Positions 21,817 to 32,364 are shown, counted from the stretch's first letter. The stretch: DNA of 64,000 nt from Candidatus Omnitrophota bacterium (GCA_026387455.1 JAPLLR010000016.1:6358-70357); one strand, 5' to 3'. Translations and numbers: made by a program. The notes: generated by a model from the sequence alone, not told the origin.

Positions 21817-22718
21817 ATCTGTTTTTGGATTTCTAAGGCGACTTTGAGGGCTTCGCGGGCAACCGGACCAGAGACAAGGGGCTCTGTATGTGAGGTGACA
21901 CAGTCAATAAACGACTGGAGTTCTTTTTGTAGGGGTTGTTCTTTTTCTATTGGCAGGTCCTGTTTAGTGATCTGCGCCCCATCTTTTCTGTAAACACAGG
22001 CCTTAGCCTCTTTATAATCCAGCGATATATAGGTATCTTTCTGGAAAATGCGGATTTTGCGCAGCCACTCATCAGAGATGCGGCTTGCGGTAAGATTGGC
22101 GATGCAGCCGTTTTTAAAGGTCAGCCGGGTGTTAGCGATGTCTTCAAAGTGGGTGAGGACCGGTACGCCCACGGATTCGATTTTCTTAATCGGCGAGTTA
22201 ACAAGTCCTAAAACGATGTCAATATCATGGATCATCACATCCAAGACCGCTCCGATATCAAGGGAGCGGTTGGGGAATGGGCTAAGCCGGTGGCATTCAA
22301 TGAATTTTGGTTCTTTGATTAGCTTAAGGGTAGCGGCAAAAGCAGAGTTGAAGCGCTCGATGTGGCCGACCTGTAAAATCAGCTTATTTTTGCGGGCAAT
22401 TTGAATCAGCTGGTCAGCCTCTTTAAGCGTAGGGGTGAATGGTTTCTCAACCAGAGCGTGAATATTGTGCTTCAGGCAGTCAGCGGCGATTGAGAAATGC
22501 AGCTTGGTGGGTGTAGCGACGCTGACCGCGTCGACTTTGCCAAAAAGCTCCCGGTAATCAATGTAGCCCGGGACATTCAAAGTGTGGGATATTTCTTCCA
22601 GTCGCTTAGGGTCACTATCACATACCGCGCTCAAGAAGCAATTCGGTATTTCCTTATAAATCTTTGCGTGTATGCTGCCCAGATGCCCGACGCCGATCAC
22701 CGCAATCTTTATATCCAT
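21795..22718 (-). CDS. Gfo/Idh/MocA oxidoreductase (GnnA-like)
   Basis: GVGHLG, VEKP, VGHIERFN, DVMIHDID; overlaps lpxB start. Confidence 0.85.
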   Translation of the reverse strand: MDIKIAVIGVGHLGSIHAKIYKEIPNCFLSAVCDSDPKRLEEISHTLNVPGYIDYRELFGKVDAVSVATPTKLHFSIAADCLKHNIHALVEKPFTPTLKEADQLIQIARKNKLILQVGHIERFNSAFAATLKLIKEPKFIECHRLSPFPNRSLDIGAVLDVMIHDIDIVLGLVNSPIKKIESVGVPVLTHFEDIANTRLTFKNGCIANLTASRISDEWLRKIRIFQKDTYISLDYKEAKACVYRKDGAQITKQDLPIEKEQPLQKELQSFIDCVTSHTEPLVSGPVAREALKVALEIQKQIWQKKRF

Positions 22719-22807
22719 AGGGGAATCATAGCAGACTCGTTGCCTTGTTTCAACTAATATTTAACCGTGGGTGCCGAGGCTTGCTTTTCGCTAAATAATT
22801 ATATATG

Positions 22808-23160
22808 TTATTGTTTAGCGGGTCCTGCCTTGGCTTGTCCTGCGCGCGGCTTTTTGCCGTGCTCGGATCAAGCCAAGTCACCCGCTAAACCTACCATTTA
22901 TCAGCAAGCTTGTTGTTAGCGGCTGACTTGGACTGCACCTTGCTTTATCGGATAAGCAAGTGTGCTCTTCTGGGCTGATTTCGAGTGGTTCCTCGGACGC
23001 CCCGCTCAAAGCGACCCTCGTCACCCTTGACTGAAAGTTTCAGTTGGCGGGAGGCTTGGCTTGGTTTCGAGCAGGGCTAGAAATGAGCGCAGGTGCGGCA
23101 CAACGCTGGGCCGCACCAAGCGTCCCTGCGAGAAACAAGACAAGCCGACCAGCCATGAGT
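22808..23160. repeat. family E long structured repeat, copy 1
   Basis: Near-identical blocks shared with 52049-52428; hairpin GTTTAGCGGGT..ACCCGCTAAAC at 22813-22890. Confidence 0.9.
22936..22977 (+). mobile_element. 42-nt two-hairpin element inserted in family E copy 1
   Basis: CACCTTGCTT-TATCGGAT-AAGCAAG; CTG on both sides; absent in copy 2. Confidence 0.75.
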
Positions 23161-23186
23161 GATTGTAGTTTTGAATCAAAGATATC

Positions 23187-23215
23187 TCGACAAAGAGGAG
23201 CGAATGTGGTATAGT
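23187..23215 (+). promoter_or_regulatory. promoter, probably giving a leaderless mRNA
   Basis: TCGACA-17 bp-TATAGT with TG; ATG 8 nt downstream. Confidence 0.55.
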
Positions 23216-23223
23216 GCAACCTT

Positions 23224-25017
23224 ATGAAAAACTACAATAAGCTATTTATTTTCGCCCGTCCCTATACCGGACAGCTGATTATTTCCGGCATCTTCATGGG
23301 CATTGTGACTTTCTTCGATATCTTCCGTCTGAGCGCTATCGTGCCGGTTATCGACAGGATCTTCACTAATCGACAGATTACCTTCAATAACGGCAAGTTT
23401 CCGGCATTTGTCCAGAATATACTTAATTACCTGAATAATCTTGAGCCGATCAAGGTGCTGTATCTTATCCTTATTATCATGCCTATCGCTCTGATTATCC
23501 GGTCGGTTTTCGAATATCTGCAGTCCTATATAATGTCTGATGTGGGTCAGAAAGTCATCCGCGACGTCCGGAATATTGTTTACGAGAAGTTGCAGGTATT
23601 ATCTTTGGAATATTTCAGCCAAAGGAGGAGTGGCGAGCTGGTCTCCCGCATCACCAATGACGTAAAGCTGATCGAAAACGCCGTTTCTTACGCTCTTACG
23701 GATTTAGTTTATCAGGGCTTTACGGTTATCTGCTTCGCTATCACTATATTTTTCATAAACTGGAAACTGGCGCTTTTGGCTTTTGTGGTGTTGCCGGTTG
23801 TCGCGGTGCCCATGGTCACCGTCGGCAAGATGCTGCGCAAGCTAAGCAAGAGCTCGCAGGAAAAGATGGCGGATATCAACTCGCTACTAGTCGAAACATT
23901 CATTGGAGTGCGTATTGTGCGTGCTTTCTGCGCCGAGGCAAAAGAAGTGGCTAAGTTCCGCGGCCAGAATCATGATTATTACAAGCTGGCTATGAAATCC
24001 ATAAAGCGCATGCTTATTTTAGGTAACGCTACGGAGCTGGTAGGCGTGGCAATGGCTATCTTGATCATTTATATCAGCGGCAGACAGGTTATTTCGGGTG
24101 AATTGTCTTTCGGCGCGTTTGCCCTGTTCATGGCAGCTTTATTATCGCTGATCAAACCCTTTAAGAAATTAAGTCAGGTAAATTCCATTCTGCAGCAGGC
24201 TATGGCGGCTAGTACCCGTATTTATGAAGTGCTGGATGCGCCGGTGAGCGTCAGGCAGAGCCCACAGGCAAAAGAAATCAATGATTTTTCCTCTGGTATC
24301 CGTTACGAAGGAGTTTATTCCACCTATGGCGAGCACGATATACTTAAGAATATTAATCTGGAAGTCAAAAAGGGTTTTATGTTGGCGATTGTGGGTCCCA
24401 GCGGCTCGGGAAAGAGCACCATGGTGGATCTGATTCCGCGTTTTTATGACCCCAAAAAGGGAAAGATTTATATTGATGGAGTGGATATCAAGGATTTGAC
24501 TTTAAAATCACTTCGCCTGAAGATCGGAATGGTCACCCAGGAGACCATTCTTTTTAACGAGACTATAAAAGGAAATATACTCTACGGCAAGCCGGATGCA
24601 ACTGATAAAGAGATTGAATCAGCGGCTATCCAGGCACATGCCCATGAATTTATTAAGAATCTGCCCAATGGGTATAATACAGTGATCGGAGACAGGGGGA
24701 TGAAGCTTTCCGGCGGAGAGCGCCAGAGAATAGCCATTGCCCGCGCGCTTTTGAAGAATCCGCCGATTTTACTCCTTGATGAGGCGACTTCGCAGTTGGA
24801 TACCGAGTCGGAGCGTATCGTGCAGGAAGCTTTAGACCGGCTAATTCAGGGAAGAACGGTATTTGTTATTGCGCATAGGCTTTCGACTGTGCGCAATGCT
24901 CATAGAATTGTGGTTTTAGACCGCGGAATGATCGCGGAAGAGGGAACCCACCAGGAGTTGATCCAGAAGGACGGCCTCTATAAGCGGCTTTATTCCATGC
25001 AGGAACTCCAGAAGTAA
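23224..25017 (+). CDS. msbA: MsbA-like ABC exporter
   Basis: TMD plus GPSGSGKST, LSGGERQR, LLLDEAT; divergent from lpxB. Confidence 0.8.
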   Translation: MKNYNKLFIFARPYTGQLIISGIFMGIVTFFDIFRLSAIVPVIDRIFTNRQITFNNGKFPAFVQNILNYLNNLEPIKVLYLILIIMPIALIIRSVFEYLQSYIMSDVGQKVIRDVRNIVYEKLQVLSLEYFSQRRSGELVSRITNDVKLIENAVSYALTDLVYQGFTVICFAITIFFINWKLALLAFVVLPVVAVPMVTVGKMLRKLSKSSQEKMADINSLLVETFIGVRIVRAFCAEAKEVAKFRGQNHDYYKLAMKSIKRMLILGNATELVGVAMAILIIYISGRQVISGELSFGAFALFMAALLSLIKPFKKLSQVNSILQQAMAASTRIYEVLDAPVSVRQSPQAKEINDFSSGIRYEGVYSTYGEHDILKNINLEVKKGFMLAIVGPSGSGKSTMVDLIPRFYDPKKGKIYIDGVDIKDLTLKSLRLKIGMVTQETILFNETIKGNILYGKPDATDKEIESAAIQAHAHEFIKNLPNGYNTVIGDRGMKLSGGERQRIAIARALLKNPPILLLDEATSQLDTESERIVQEALDRLIQGRTVFVIAHRLSTVRNAHRIVVLDRGMIAEEGTHQELIQKDGLYKRLYSMQELQK

Positions 25018-25048
25018 GGAAATAAACCTCAAAATTATTAAATAATAT

Positions 25049-25076
25049 TTGCATAATAACAAGAATATGTTAATAT
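25049..25076 (+). promoter_or_regulatory. promoter of rpsB operon
   Basis: TTGCAT-16 bp-TAATAT with TG and AT-rich upstream tract. Confidence 0.55.
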
Positions 25077-25153
25077 AAGCGTCTATTCTTATGCCAAATG
25101 GTAGGTGTAAGGCGCAAAATCAATAAATAACAGGAAAAAGGGGGAACTACAAC

Positions 25154-26053
25154 GTGCCATCAGAATTAATCAAGCAATTACTGGAAGCAGGAGTGCATTT
25201 TGGGCATCAGACTAAGCGCTGGAACCCGAAAATGAAAAAATTCATCTTTGGTTCGCGTAGCGGTATTTACATTATCGATTTGGAGAAAACCGAGGAATGC
25301 ATTAACAAGGCTCGGGATTTCCTGATGGATATAACCGCAAAAGGCGAATTTGTGCTTTTTGTAGGCACAAAAAAGCAGGCTCAGGAAGTGGTTTTTCAGG
25401 AGGCTAACCGTTGCGGGATGTACTATGTCACCGAGCGCTGGCCCGGTGGAATGCTTACTAATTTCGCCACCATTAAAAAGAGTATCAGCCGCCTGAAAGA
25501 GATTGAGAAAATGAAGGTGGATGGCACTTACGAAAAGATTACCAAGAAAGAGATCTCCGGCCTGGAGAAGGAGTTGGCCAAGCTTAAAAAGAACTTCATG
25601 GGTATTGTGCCTATGGAACGCATGCCCAAGGCGATTTTTATCGTGGATACCAAGAAGGAAGAGACCGCGGTAAGCGAAGCCCGCAGGCTGGGTATTCCTA
25701 TCGTGGCGTTGATCGACACCAATTCCAACCCGGACCTGATAGATTATCCTGTTCCCGGTAATGACGACGCGACAAAATCCGTCAAGCTGGTGACTTCGCT
25801 TATGGCGGATACGGTTTTGGAGGGAAGAAAGAAATTTCTGTCGTATTTGGCCCAGGAAGGCGTTAAGGTAGAAGCTAAGAAGGATGAGGAAGACCAGGAA
25901 ATAGGACTTCTTCCTGAGGAAGAAGCGGGGATAAAAGAAATCGAGGAGATCGTTGAGGCTACCCAGCCGCTGGACGCTGAGGGAAAGCCGGTGAAAAAGG
26001 TCCGCGTAAAGACGGCTGTTGATGATAAATCAAGAACAAGAAGAAAGGTGTAA
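25154..26053 (+). CDS. rpsB: 30S ribosomal protein uS2
   Basis: [25 protein letters not shown]. Confidence 0.97.
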   Translation: MPSELIKQLLEAGVHFGHQTKRWNPKMKKFIFGSRSGIYIIDLEKTEECINKARDFLMDITAKGEFVLFVGTKKQAQEVVFQEANRCGMYYVTERWPGGMLTNFATIKKSISRLKEIEKMKVDGTYEKITKKEISGLEKELAKLKKNFMGIVPMERMPKAIFIVDTKKEETAVSEARRLGIPIVALIDTNSNPDLIDYPVPGNDDATKSVKLVTSLMADTVLEGRKKFLSYLAQEGVKVEAKKDEEDQEIGLLPEEEAGIKEIEEIVEATQPLDAEGKPVKKVRVKTAVDDKSRTRRKV

Positions 26054-26058
26054 GTAAG

Positions 26059-26586
26059 ATGGCTGCTAATGTTGATCTGATCAAAGAGTTAAGGCATATG
26101 ACCATGGCAAGCGTGGCCCACTGCAAAAAAGCTCTTGAGGAGTCAAACGGAGACATCAAGAAAGCGGCGGAATACCTGCGTAAGAAAGGCCTGGAAATTG
26201 CTGCTAATAAGCAGGACCGCGCGGTGAAAGAAGGTCGCATTGAAGCCTATATCCACCATGGAAGCAAGATTGGCGTGCTTTTGGAGGTGAACTGCGAGTC
26301 GGATTTCGTGGCTCGCAACGAGGATTTCACCAGCTTCACCAAGGATGTGGCCATGCAGATAGCCGCATGCAGTCCCATTTATATTAAAAGAGAAGATATT
26401 CCGGCAGAGGTGTTGGAGCAGGAGAAGAACAAGGAAGATTTCTGCAAGAATCACTGTCTTCTGGAACAGGCGTTTATTAAAGATGCAAGTTTGAGTATTA
26501 AGGATTATCTGGGCACAATCATCGGAAAACTCGGCGAGAATATCGTAGTTCGCAGATTTATAAGGTATAAAGTCGGGGAGTTATGA
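26059..26586 (+). CDS. tsf: elongation factor Ts (short form)
   Basis: [26 protein letters not shown]. Confidence 0.95.
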   Translation: MAANVDLIKELRHMTMASVAHCKKALEESNGDIKKAAEYLRKKGLEIAANKQDRAVKEGRIEAYIHHGSKIGVLLEVNCESDFVARNEDFTSFTKDVAMQIAACSPIYIKREDIPAEVLEQEKNKEDFCKNHCLLEQAFIKDASLSIKDYLGTIIGKLGENIVVRRFIRYKVGEL

Positions 26587-27305
26587 GCAAGGCGGTTTAC
26601 AAAAGGATCGTTCTGAAGCTTAGCGGCGAAGCGCTTCAGGGGACAAAATCCCACGGAATAGACCATTCGGTTTTAGTATCTATCTCCCGTCAGATAAAAG
26701 AGGTTAGGGATTTAGGCGTGGATGTGGCGGTGGTGCTGGGTGCGGGAAATATCTTCCGTGGCCAGGAGAATACCGCCTCTCGCGGCCTGGATATGGATAG
26801 GTCTGTCGCAGACTATATGGGGATGCTTGCGACTATTATCAACGGTCTGGCTTTACAGGATGTTTTGGAGAAGACCGGAGTCCCTACCAGGGTAATGACC
26901 GCCATTGATATGGAGCGTATTGCCGAGCCGTATATCAGGCGTAGGGCCGTGCGACATCTGGAAAAAGGCAGGGTAGTTATATTTGTCGCTGGAACCGGCA
27001 ATCCGTATTTTACAACCGATACCGCGGCTTCCCTTCGCGCCAAGGAAATCAATGCCGACGTGATTTTGAAAGCTACGAAAGTGGATGGGGTTTATACCGC
27101 CGATCCGGTTAAGGTTAAAAGTGCTAGAAAGTTTGAGAAACTAAAATATATCGATGTGTTGAAAAAGGGCTTAAAGGTGATGGACGCCACCGCCATCAGC
27201 CTGTGTATGGATAATAACCTACCGATAGTGGTTTTCAATCTGACTAAGATCGGAAATATCAAGCGCGTAGTCATGGGCGAAAGAATCGGGACGGTAGTTT
27301 CATAA
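26583..27305 (+). CDS. pyrH: UMP kinase
   Basis: [22 protein letters not shown]. Confidence 0.97.
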   Translation: MSKAVYKRIVLKLSGEALQGTKSHGIDHSVLVSISRQIKEVRDLGVDVAVVLGAGNIFRGQENTASRGLDMDRSVADYMGMLATIINGLALQDVLEKTGVPTRVMTAIDMERIAEPYIRRRAVRHLEKGRVVIFVAGTGNPYFTTDTAASLRAKEINADVILKATKVDGVYTADPVKVKSARKFEKLKYIDVLKKGLKVMDATAISLCMDNNLPIVVFNLTKIGNIKRVVMGERIGTVVS

Positions 27306-27321
27306 ATGTGTAGCTTTCTGC

Positions 27322-27363
27322 TCACCCCAAACTTAATGGATAGTTTGGGGTGAGCTGGTGCTC
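27322..27363 (+). repeat. 42-nt two-hairpin element preceded by a remnant small hairpin (27308-27322)
   Basis: TCACCCCAAACT-TAATGGAT-AGTTTGGGGTGA, then GAGC-TGGT-GCTC before AAGGAGG. Confidence 0.8.
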
Positions 27364-27375
27364 AAGGAGGTAGCT

Positions 27376-27936
27376 ATGACCACAAAAGAGATTCTGCATA
27401 GTACCGAAGAGAAGATGAAAAAATGTTTTGAGTCGGTGACTCGCGAGTTTGCGGAAGTGCGCACTGGCAGGGCCAGCCCGATTATCGTGGAAGGTCTGCA
27501 TATAGATTATTACGGAACACCTACGTTATTAAAGCAGCTGGCGTCTATTTCCGTGCCTGATCCCCATCTGATTGTGATCCAGCCGTGGGACGTTACGGCG
27601 ATTGTAGAGATCGAGAAGGCTATTCTTAAGTCAAATTTAGGGATTACTCCTTCTAACGACGGCAAGGTGGTACGTTTATCCGTACCGCAGTTATCCAAAG
27701 AGAGGCGTGAAGAGCTGGCCAAGGTAATCCACAAGATGGCTGAGGACGGAAGAGTGTCACTACGCACCATAAGACGGGATTCCAAGGAGCATGTAGAGAA
27801 GCTGGAAAAAGACAAGGTGATTTCTGAGGATGATAGATTTCGCGGGATCGAGGATATGCAGAAGATCGTGGATAAATATATTGCTAAGGTTGACGAGCTT
27901 CTGAAGAGTAAAGAGAAGGAAGTTTTGCAAGTTTAG
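27376..27936 (+). CDS. frr: ribosome recycling factor
   Basis: VRTGRA, DYYG, ERREEL; ATG after AAGGAGG. Confidence 0.96.
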   Translation: MTTKEILHSTEEKMKKCFESVTREFAEVRTGRASPIIVEGLHIDYYGTPTLLKQLASISVPDPHLIVIQPWDVTAIVEIEKAILKSNLGITPSNDGKVVRLSVPQLSKERREELAKVIHKMAEDGRVSLRTIRRDSKEHVEKLEKDKVISEDDRFRGIEDMQKIVDKYIAKVDELLKSKEKEVLQV

Positions 27937-27950
27937 GGCAAGTTTAATTT

Positions 27951-28023
27951 GGGCCTCTAGCTCATCCGGTAGAGCAGCGGCTTTTTAAGCCGCGTGTGCC
28001 GAGTTCGAGTCTCGGGAGGCTCA
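27951..28023 (+). tRNA. tRNA-Lys(TTT)
   Basis: Acceptor GGGCCTC/GAGGCTC, anticodon arm GCGGC-TTTTTAA-GCCGC, T-loop GTTCGAGT; CCA not encoded. Confidence 0.9.
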
Positions 28024-28183
28024 TAAAATTTCTTGCTTTGCTTTCGCAAAGCAAGAAATTCATGCCGCAGTCAATTCAAAAAATACGAAGTTCCCGAAGG
28101 GTATCGAAGTCCCCTCTGGGGCGGAGAGATTTTTGGAGCGAATAGGCAAGGGATACAAGTAAAGGCGTCAGAGGAAACTATCC

Positions 28184-28265
28184 GGGCGGATGGCGGAACT
28201 GGCATACGCGATAGCCTTAGGAGCTATTGGGGCAACCCTTGGAGGTTCAAATCCTCTTCCGCCCA
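28184..28265 (+). tRNA. tRNA-Leu(TAG)
   Basis: GGGCGGA/TCCGCCC, ATAGC-CTTAGGA-GCTAT, long variable arm, GTTCAAATC. Confidence 0.92.
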
Positions 28266-28343
28266 CTTTAAATTTTCCGACAAGGAAAATTTAAAGTGTA
28301 CTCAAGCGAGCGTAGCACAGATACATACAAATAATCATATCGT

Positions 28344-28408
28344 GCATCTGGCGCAATAGGAGGCGCCAGTGCGCATTAGGTATTGCGCCAGTGCGCATTA
28401 GGTAATGC
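28344..28408 (+). repeat. two-hairpin element with a 22-nt-period tandem duplication abutting tRNA-Gly
   Basis: GCATCTGGCGC-AATAGGAG-GCGCCAGTGC; GCGCCAGTGCGCATTAGGTA occurs twice. Confidence 0.75.
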
Positions 28409-28479
28409 GGGAGTAGCTCAGCTGGTAGAGCGCAACCTTGCCAAGGTTGATGTCACGGGTTCGAATCCCGCCTCCCGCT
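28407..28479 (+). tRNA. tRNA-Gly(GCC)
   Basis: GCGGGAG/CTCCCGC, CAACC-TTGCCAA-GGTTG, GTTCGAATC. Confidence 0.93.
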
Positions 28480-28603
28480 TTAATTTGTAAGGGGCAAGGT
28501 CCTGTGAGCCCGAAGGGCGAAACAGGGCAAGTCTTGCAAGCCCGGAGGGCGAAGCAGGGCGCCTCCCGCTTAAATATTATTTACTCGAAAGGAGCAAGTT
28601 CTT

Positions 28604-29074
28604 ATGCAGATAATGGACTTTCTTTCAAAAAAAGCTATTCTTACTGATCTGAAGTCTTCGAAAAAAGAGGACGTGATTAAGGAGATGGTGGATGCGCTGA
28701 TCAATTCCGGAGATATCGAGAAGCGCAATCGTACTAAGCTTATTGATGGCCTCATGGCTCGCGAATCTCTCGGGTCAACTGCAATCGGCCAGGGCATCGC
28801 TATCCCGCACGCCAAATCGGATTGCGTTGACAAGCTCATTGCAGGATTTGCCCTTTCCAAGAAGGGAGTTGATTTTGATTCTCTCGACGGAGAGTTGGCT
28901 TACATATTTTTCTTGCTGATCGCACCGCAGGACTCCGCTGGGCCGCACTTAAAAGCGCTTGCTCGCATTTCGCGGCTTTTAAAGGATAAGTATTTTCGTG
29001 ACACGCTGCGTAGCGCTGCCGACGAAAAAGCCGTCATCAAGGCCATCAGCCTTGAGGATGAGAAAAAGTTCTAA
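28604..29074 (+). CDS. ptsN: PTS IIA (Ntr/fructose-type)
   Basis: RESLGSTAIGQGIAIPHA, HLKALARISR. Confidence 0.85.
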   Translation: MQIMDFLSKKAILTDLKSSKKEDVIKEMVDALINSGDIEKRNRTKLIDGLMARESLGSTAIGQGIAIPHAKSDCVDKLIAGFALSKKGVDFDSLDGELAYIFFLLIAPQDSAGPHLKALARISRLLKDKYFRDTLRSAADEKAVIKAISLEDEKKF

Positions 29075-29119
29075 AACCTTGGTTGGTTATAAAACCGACC
29101 GCAGTTTTTCTTTTATTAA

Positions 29120-30361
29120 ATGAAATCAAGTCTGAGCATTATAGCTAAGTGGTTATATCCGGGGATCGGGGTCAAGCGTTGGGTGGGTTTAAGCGCTTTC
29201 GGCATCTTTCTTTTGGTTTTTGGGGCGCGTTATTTGCGTTCCGAAGAGTTTTGGGTTATTCAGATACTGGACACGGTCATTGTCATATCCGGAATCATCA
29301 TCCTTATCTTAGGCATCAAGATGTTGATGCGTTCTTTTATCGCAGCCTATGTCCCCTCCTCAAAGGATTCCGAACTGGTAGATATTTTGTACCAGAGGAA
29401 GCAACTGGGGCGCGGCCCTAAAATAGTCACTATAGGCGGGGGTACGGGATTAGCGGTTCTTTTGTCGGGGCTTAAGGAGCATACTTCTAATATTACCGCG
29501 GTGGTTACTGTCGCCGATGACGGAGGGTCTTCCGGCCGCCTGCGCCAGGAATTTGACATACTGCCTCCCGGAGATATTCGTAATTGCTTGGTGGCTTTGG
29601 CTGATGCTCCGGCTTTAATGCGTGATCTTTTTCAGTTCAGATTCGATACCAATTCAGAACTTTCCGGGCACAGCTTTGGGAATCTTTTTATTACGGTAAT
29701 GACTAGGCTTACTGGAGATTTTGAAAAGGCGATTAAGGAAACGAGTAAGGTTTTGGCTTTGCGCGGGCAGGTTATTCCATCGACTCTTAATAATGTGGTG
29801 CTGGTAGCCGAGCATAAAGATGGCACTACTACGGTGGGGGAGGACAAGATTCCGCGTTCGCGTCGGCCGATCAAGCGGGTAAGCCTCGATCCGGCTGAGC
29901 CGCAGGCGACACCCGACGCCATTAAGGCGATTGAAGAAGCTCAAATCATCGTTCTTGGTCCAGGATCACTTTATACTAGTATCATCCCGAATCTTTTGAT
30001 AAAAGAGATTGCTCAGGCAGTAGCGAATTCAGGAGCGATTAAAGTGTATGTTTGCAATGTGATGACGCAGCCCGGCGAGACTGACGGCTTGAGCGTCAGC
30101 GATCAAATCAAAGAGCTGGTGGGGCACAGCCAGTCGCGAATACTGGATTACTGTATTATTAACACCGGAGAGATCCCGGTGGAGGTACTAAATCGTTACG
30201 CCAAGGAAAGCTCATATTTAGTTATTAACGATCGCAAGAAGATCGAGAGTATGGGCTACCGGACGATCGAAGATGATTTCGCGGTTATCGAAGAAGACGT
30301 AATTAGGCATGACGCTGAGCGTCTTGCGAATATTATCTTAGGTTTAGGGGAAGAGATTTAA
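29120..30361 (+). CDS. yvcK: YvcK/CofD-like UDP-sugar-binding protein with N-terminal TM segments
   Basis: GGGTG, ADDGGSSGRLR, PPGDIRN, GPGSLYTS. Confidence 0.88.
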   Translation: MKSSLSIIAKWLYPGIGVKRWVGLSAFGIFLLVFGARYLRSEEFWVIQILDTVIVISGIIILILGIKMLMRSFIAAYVPSSKDSELVDILYQRKQLGRGPKIVTIGGGTGLAVLLSGLKEHTSNITAVVTVADDGGSSGRLRQEFDILPPGDIRNCLVALADAPALMRDLFQFRFDTNSELSGHSFGNLFITVMTRLTGDFEKAIKETSKVLALRGQVIPSTLNNVVLVAEHKDGTTTVGEDKIPRSRRPIKRVSLDPAEPQATPDAIKAIEEAQIIVLGPGSLYTSIIPNLLIKEIAQAVANSGAIKVYVCNVMTQPGETDGLSVSDQIKELVGHSQSRILDYCIINTGEIPVEVLNRYAKESSYLVINDRKKIESMGYRTIEDDFAVIEEDVIRHDAERLANIILGLGEEI

Positions 30362-30362
30362 G

Positions 30363-30632
30363 ATGCCGGTTATCAAGAAAAAACTAATAGTAAAGAATAA
30401 GCAGGGTCTGCATGCTCGCCCAGCGGCGCTATTCGTGCAGGTGGCCAATAAATTCGATTCCCGTATCACTATCAAGCGCGATGAAGAAGAGGTCAACGGA
30501 AAATCAATCATGGGTATACTTATGCTGGGCGCGGAGAAGGGCAGCGAGATTGTGATCGAGGCGGATGGCGAGGACGCAGAGACGGCCATGATCGAATTAG
30601 AGAAACTTATCGTTAACGAAGAAGATAAATGA
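30363..30632 (+). CDS. ptsH: HPr phosphocarrier
   Basis: GLHARPAA, NGKSIMG. Confidence 0.95.
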   Translation: MPVIKKKLIVKNKQGLHARPAALFVQVANKFDSRITIKRDEEEVNGKSIMGILMLGAEKGSEIVIEADGEDAETAMIELEKLIVNEEDK

Positions 30633-32359
30633 TCAAACTTAAAGGTATAGCAGCGGCGTCAGGTATCAGTATCGCCCCGGCTTATAAGGTTGGCAAGGAT
30701 GATTTTCTTGTCCCCAAAGAAGTCATCCGGCAGGAAGATATCCCGCAACAGATACGGCAGTTTGAGGAAGCCCTGATCAAGACCCGCCGCGAGATTATTG
30801 AGCTGCAGAAACGTATCGGCCATGAGATGGGGCAGGAAGAGGCCCAGATATTTGATGCGCATCTATTGGTCCTTGAGGACCGTATGCTCATTGAAGAGGT
30901 TATATCACGCCTCAAGAAAGAGCAGCTCAACGTTGCGTTTATTTTCCAGGAAGTTTTAAAGAAATACGTTGAAGTTTTTTCCAAGATTGAAGATGAGTAT
31001 TTAAAAGAGCGCATCTCTGATATTAATGATGTTGGTAAAAGGATACTGCGCAATCTGCTCGGTAAGACCCGTAGCGGCCTTTCTGATCTTAAGGAGCGGG
31101 TAATCGTCATCGCGCATGACCTTTCGCCATCTGACACCGCCGCGATGCATAAGCAAAGGGTGTGTGGTTTTGTCACTGATATCGGCGGCAAGACGTCGCA
31201 CACAGCGATTATGGCCAAGTCTCTTGAGATCCCGGCAGTAGTAGGCCTTGAAGAGGCGACATATAAGATCAGGGCCGGGGATATGCTGATTGTCGATGGC
31301 AGTTCCGGCTTGGTCATCGTCAATCCTGATGAGGAGACACTCAATGCTTATCGCCAGGAAGAGCTGAAACTTAAGGGGGTGACCGAGCGCTTCCTGTTGG
31401 CTAAGGATATGCCCGCGGTCACTCTTGATGGCAAGACCATAGAGATAAGCGGGAATATTGAGTTTCCCGATGAGGTGCCTGCGGTAAAACTACATGGAGG
31501 AGAAGGCATAGGTTTATATAGGACGGAGTTCTTTTATATGAACCGCAAGGGTCTGCCGACCGAGGAAGAGCATTATCAGGCGTACAGATATGTCGCCGAA
31601 GCGATGAAGCCCCAGCCGGTGATCATCCGCACCCTGGATTTGGGCGGAGATAAATTTCTTTCCCAGTTTGAGATCCCCCATGAGATGAAGTCGTTTCTGG
31701 GCTGGCGGGCCATAAGGTTCTGTCTTGCCCGTCCCGATATCTTTAAATTGCAGTTAAGAGCGATATTGCGGGCTTCGGTGCACGGAAAGCTTAAGATGAT
31801 GTATCCGATGATCTCCGGCGTGGAGGAGCTGAGACAGGCTAACGCCATACTTGAAGAGGCAAAAAAAGAGCTTGAATCTGAGGGCAAGCCCTTTGATAAA
31901 GATATTGAGGTAGGCGCAATGATCGAGGTGCCTTCGGCAGCCATGACCGCGGATATCCTGGCGAAGGAAGCGGATTTTTTCAGCATCGGGACCAATGACC
32001 TGATCCAGTATTCGCTGGCAGCCGACCGCACTAATGAGAAGGTGGCTTATTTATACGAGCCGTCGCATCCGGCGGTCTTAAGGCTCATCCAGAATACTAT
32101 TCAGGCAGCGCACGCGGCAAATATCCGCGTTGGTATGTGCGGTGAGATGGCGGGCGAGCCTGCCCTGGCGGTGCTGCTCCTGGGGCTCGGGTTGGATGAG
32201 TTCAGTATGCCGCCGCAGATGATCCCGGAAATAAAATATATTATCCGTTCGGTAAAAATTAAAGACGCGCAGGAAATGGCGCTTAATGCGCTGAAGCTTT
32301 CTACCGCCAAAGAGGTGGAGGAATACACCCAGGCGCGGCTGCAGGATATACTGAAGTAA
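30629..32359 (+). CDS. ptsI: PTS enzyme I
   Basis: TSHTAI, GLYRTEF, SIGTNDL, GMCGE. Confidence 0.96.
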   Translation: MIKLKGIAAASGISIAPAYKVGKDDFLVPKEVIRQEDIPQQIRQFEEALIKTRREIIELQKRIGHEMGQEEAQIFDAHLLVLEDRMLIEEVISRLKKEQLNVAFIFQEVLKKYVEVFSKIEDEYLKERISDINDVGKRILRNLLGKTRSGLSDLKERVIVIAHDLSPSDTAAMHKQRVCGFVTDIGGKTSHTAIMAKSLEIPAVVGLEEATYKIRAGDMLIVDGSSGLVIVNPDEETLNAYRQEELKLKGVTERFLLAKDMPAVTLDGKTIEISGNIEFPDEVPAVKLHGGEGIGLYRTEFFYMNRKGLPTEEEHYQAYRYVAEAMKPQPVIIRTLDLGGDKFLSQFEIPHEMKSFLGWRAIRFCLARPDIFKLQLRAILRASVHGKLKMMYPMISGVEELRQANAILEEAKKELESEGKPFDKDIEVGAMIEVPSAAMTADILAKEADFFSIGTNDLIQYSLAADRTNEKVAYLYEPSHPAVLRLIQNTIQAAHAANIRVGMCGEMAGEPALAVLLLGLGLDEFSMPPQMIPEIKYIIRSVKIKDAQEMALNALKLSTAKEVEEYTQARLQDILK

Positions 32360-32364
32360 AGACG

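Noticed and set aside
22813-22890. Integron attC site (also 52054-52131)
   Set aside because: Ends read GTT...AAC, the reverse of the attC AAC...GTT order; no cassette array or integrase is present.
28033-28647. ORFs 28033-28359 and 28438-28647
   Set aside because: They overlap tRNA genes and have no recognisable protein features.
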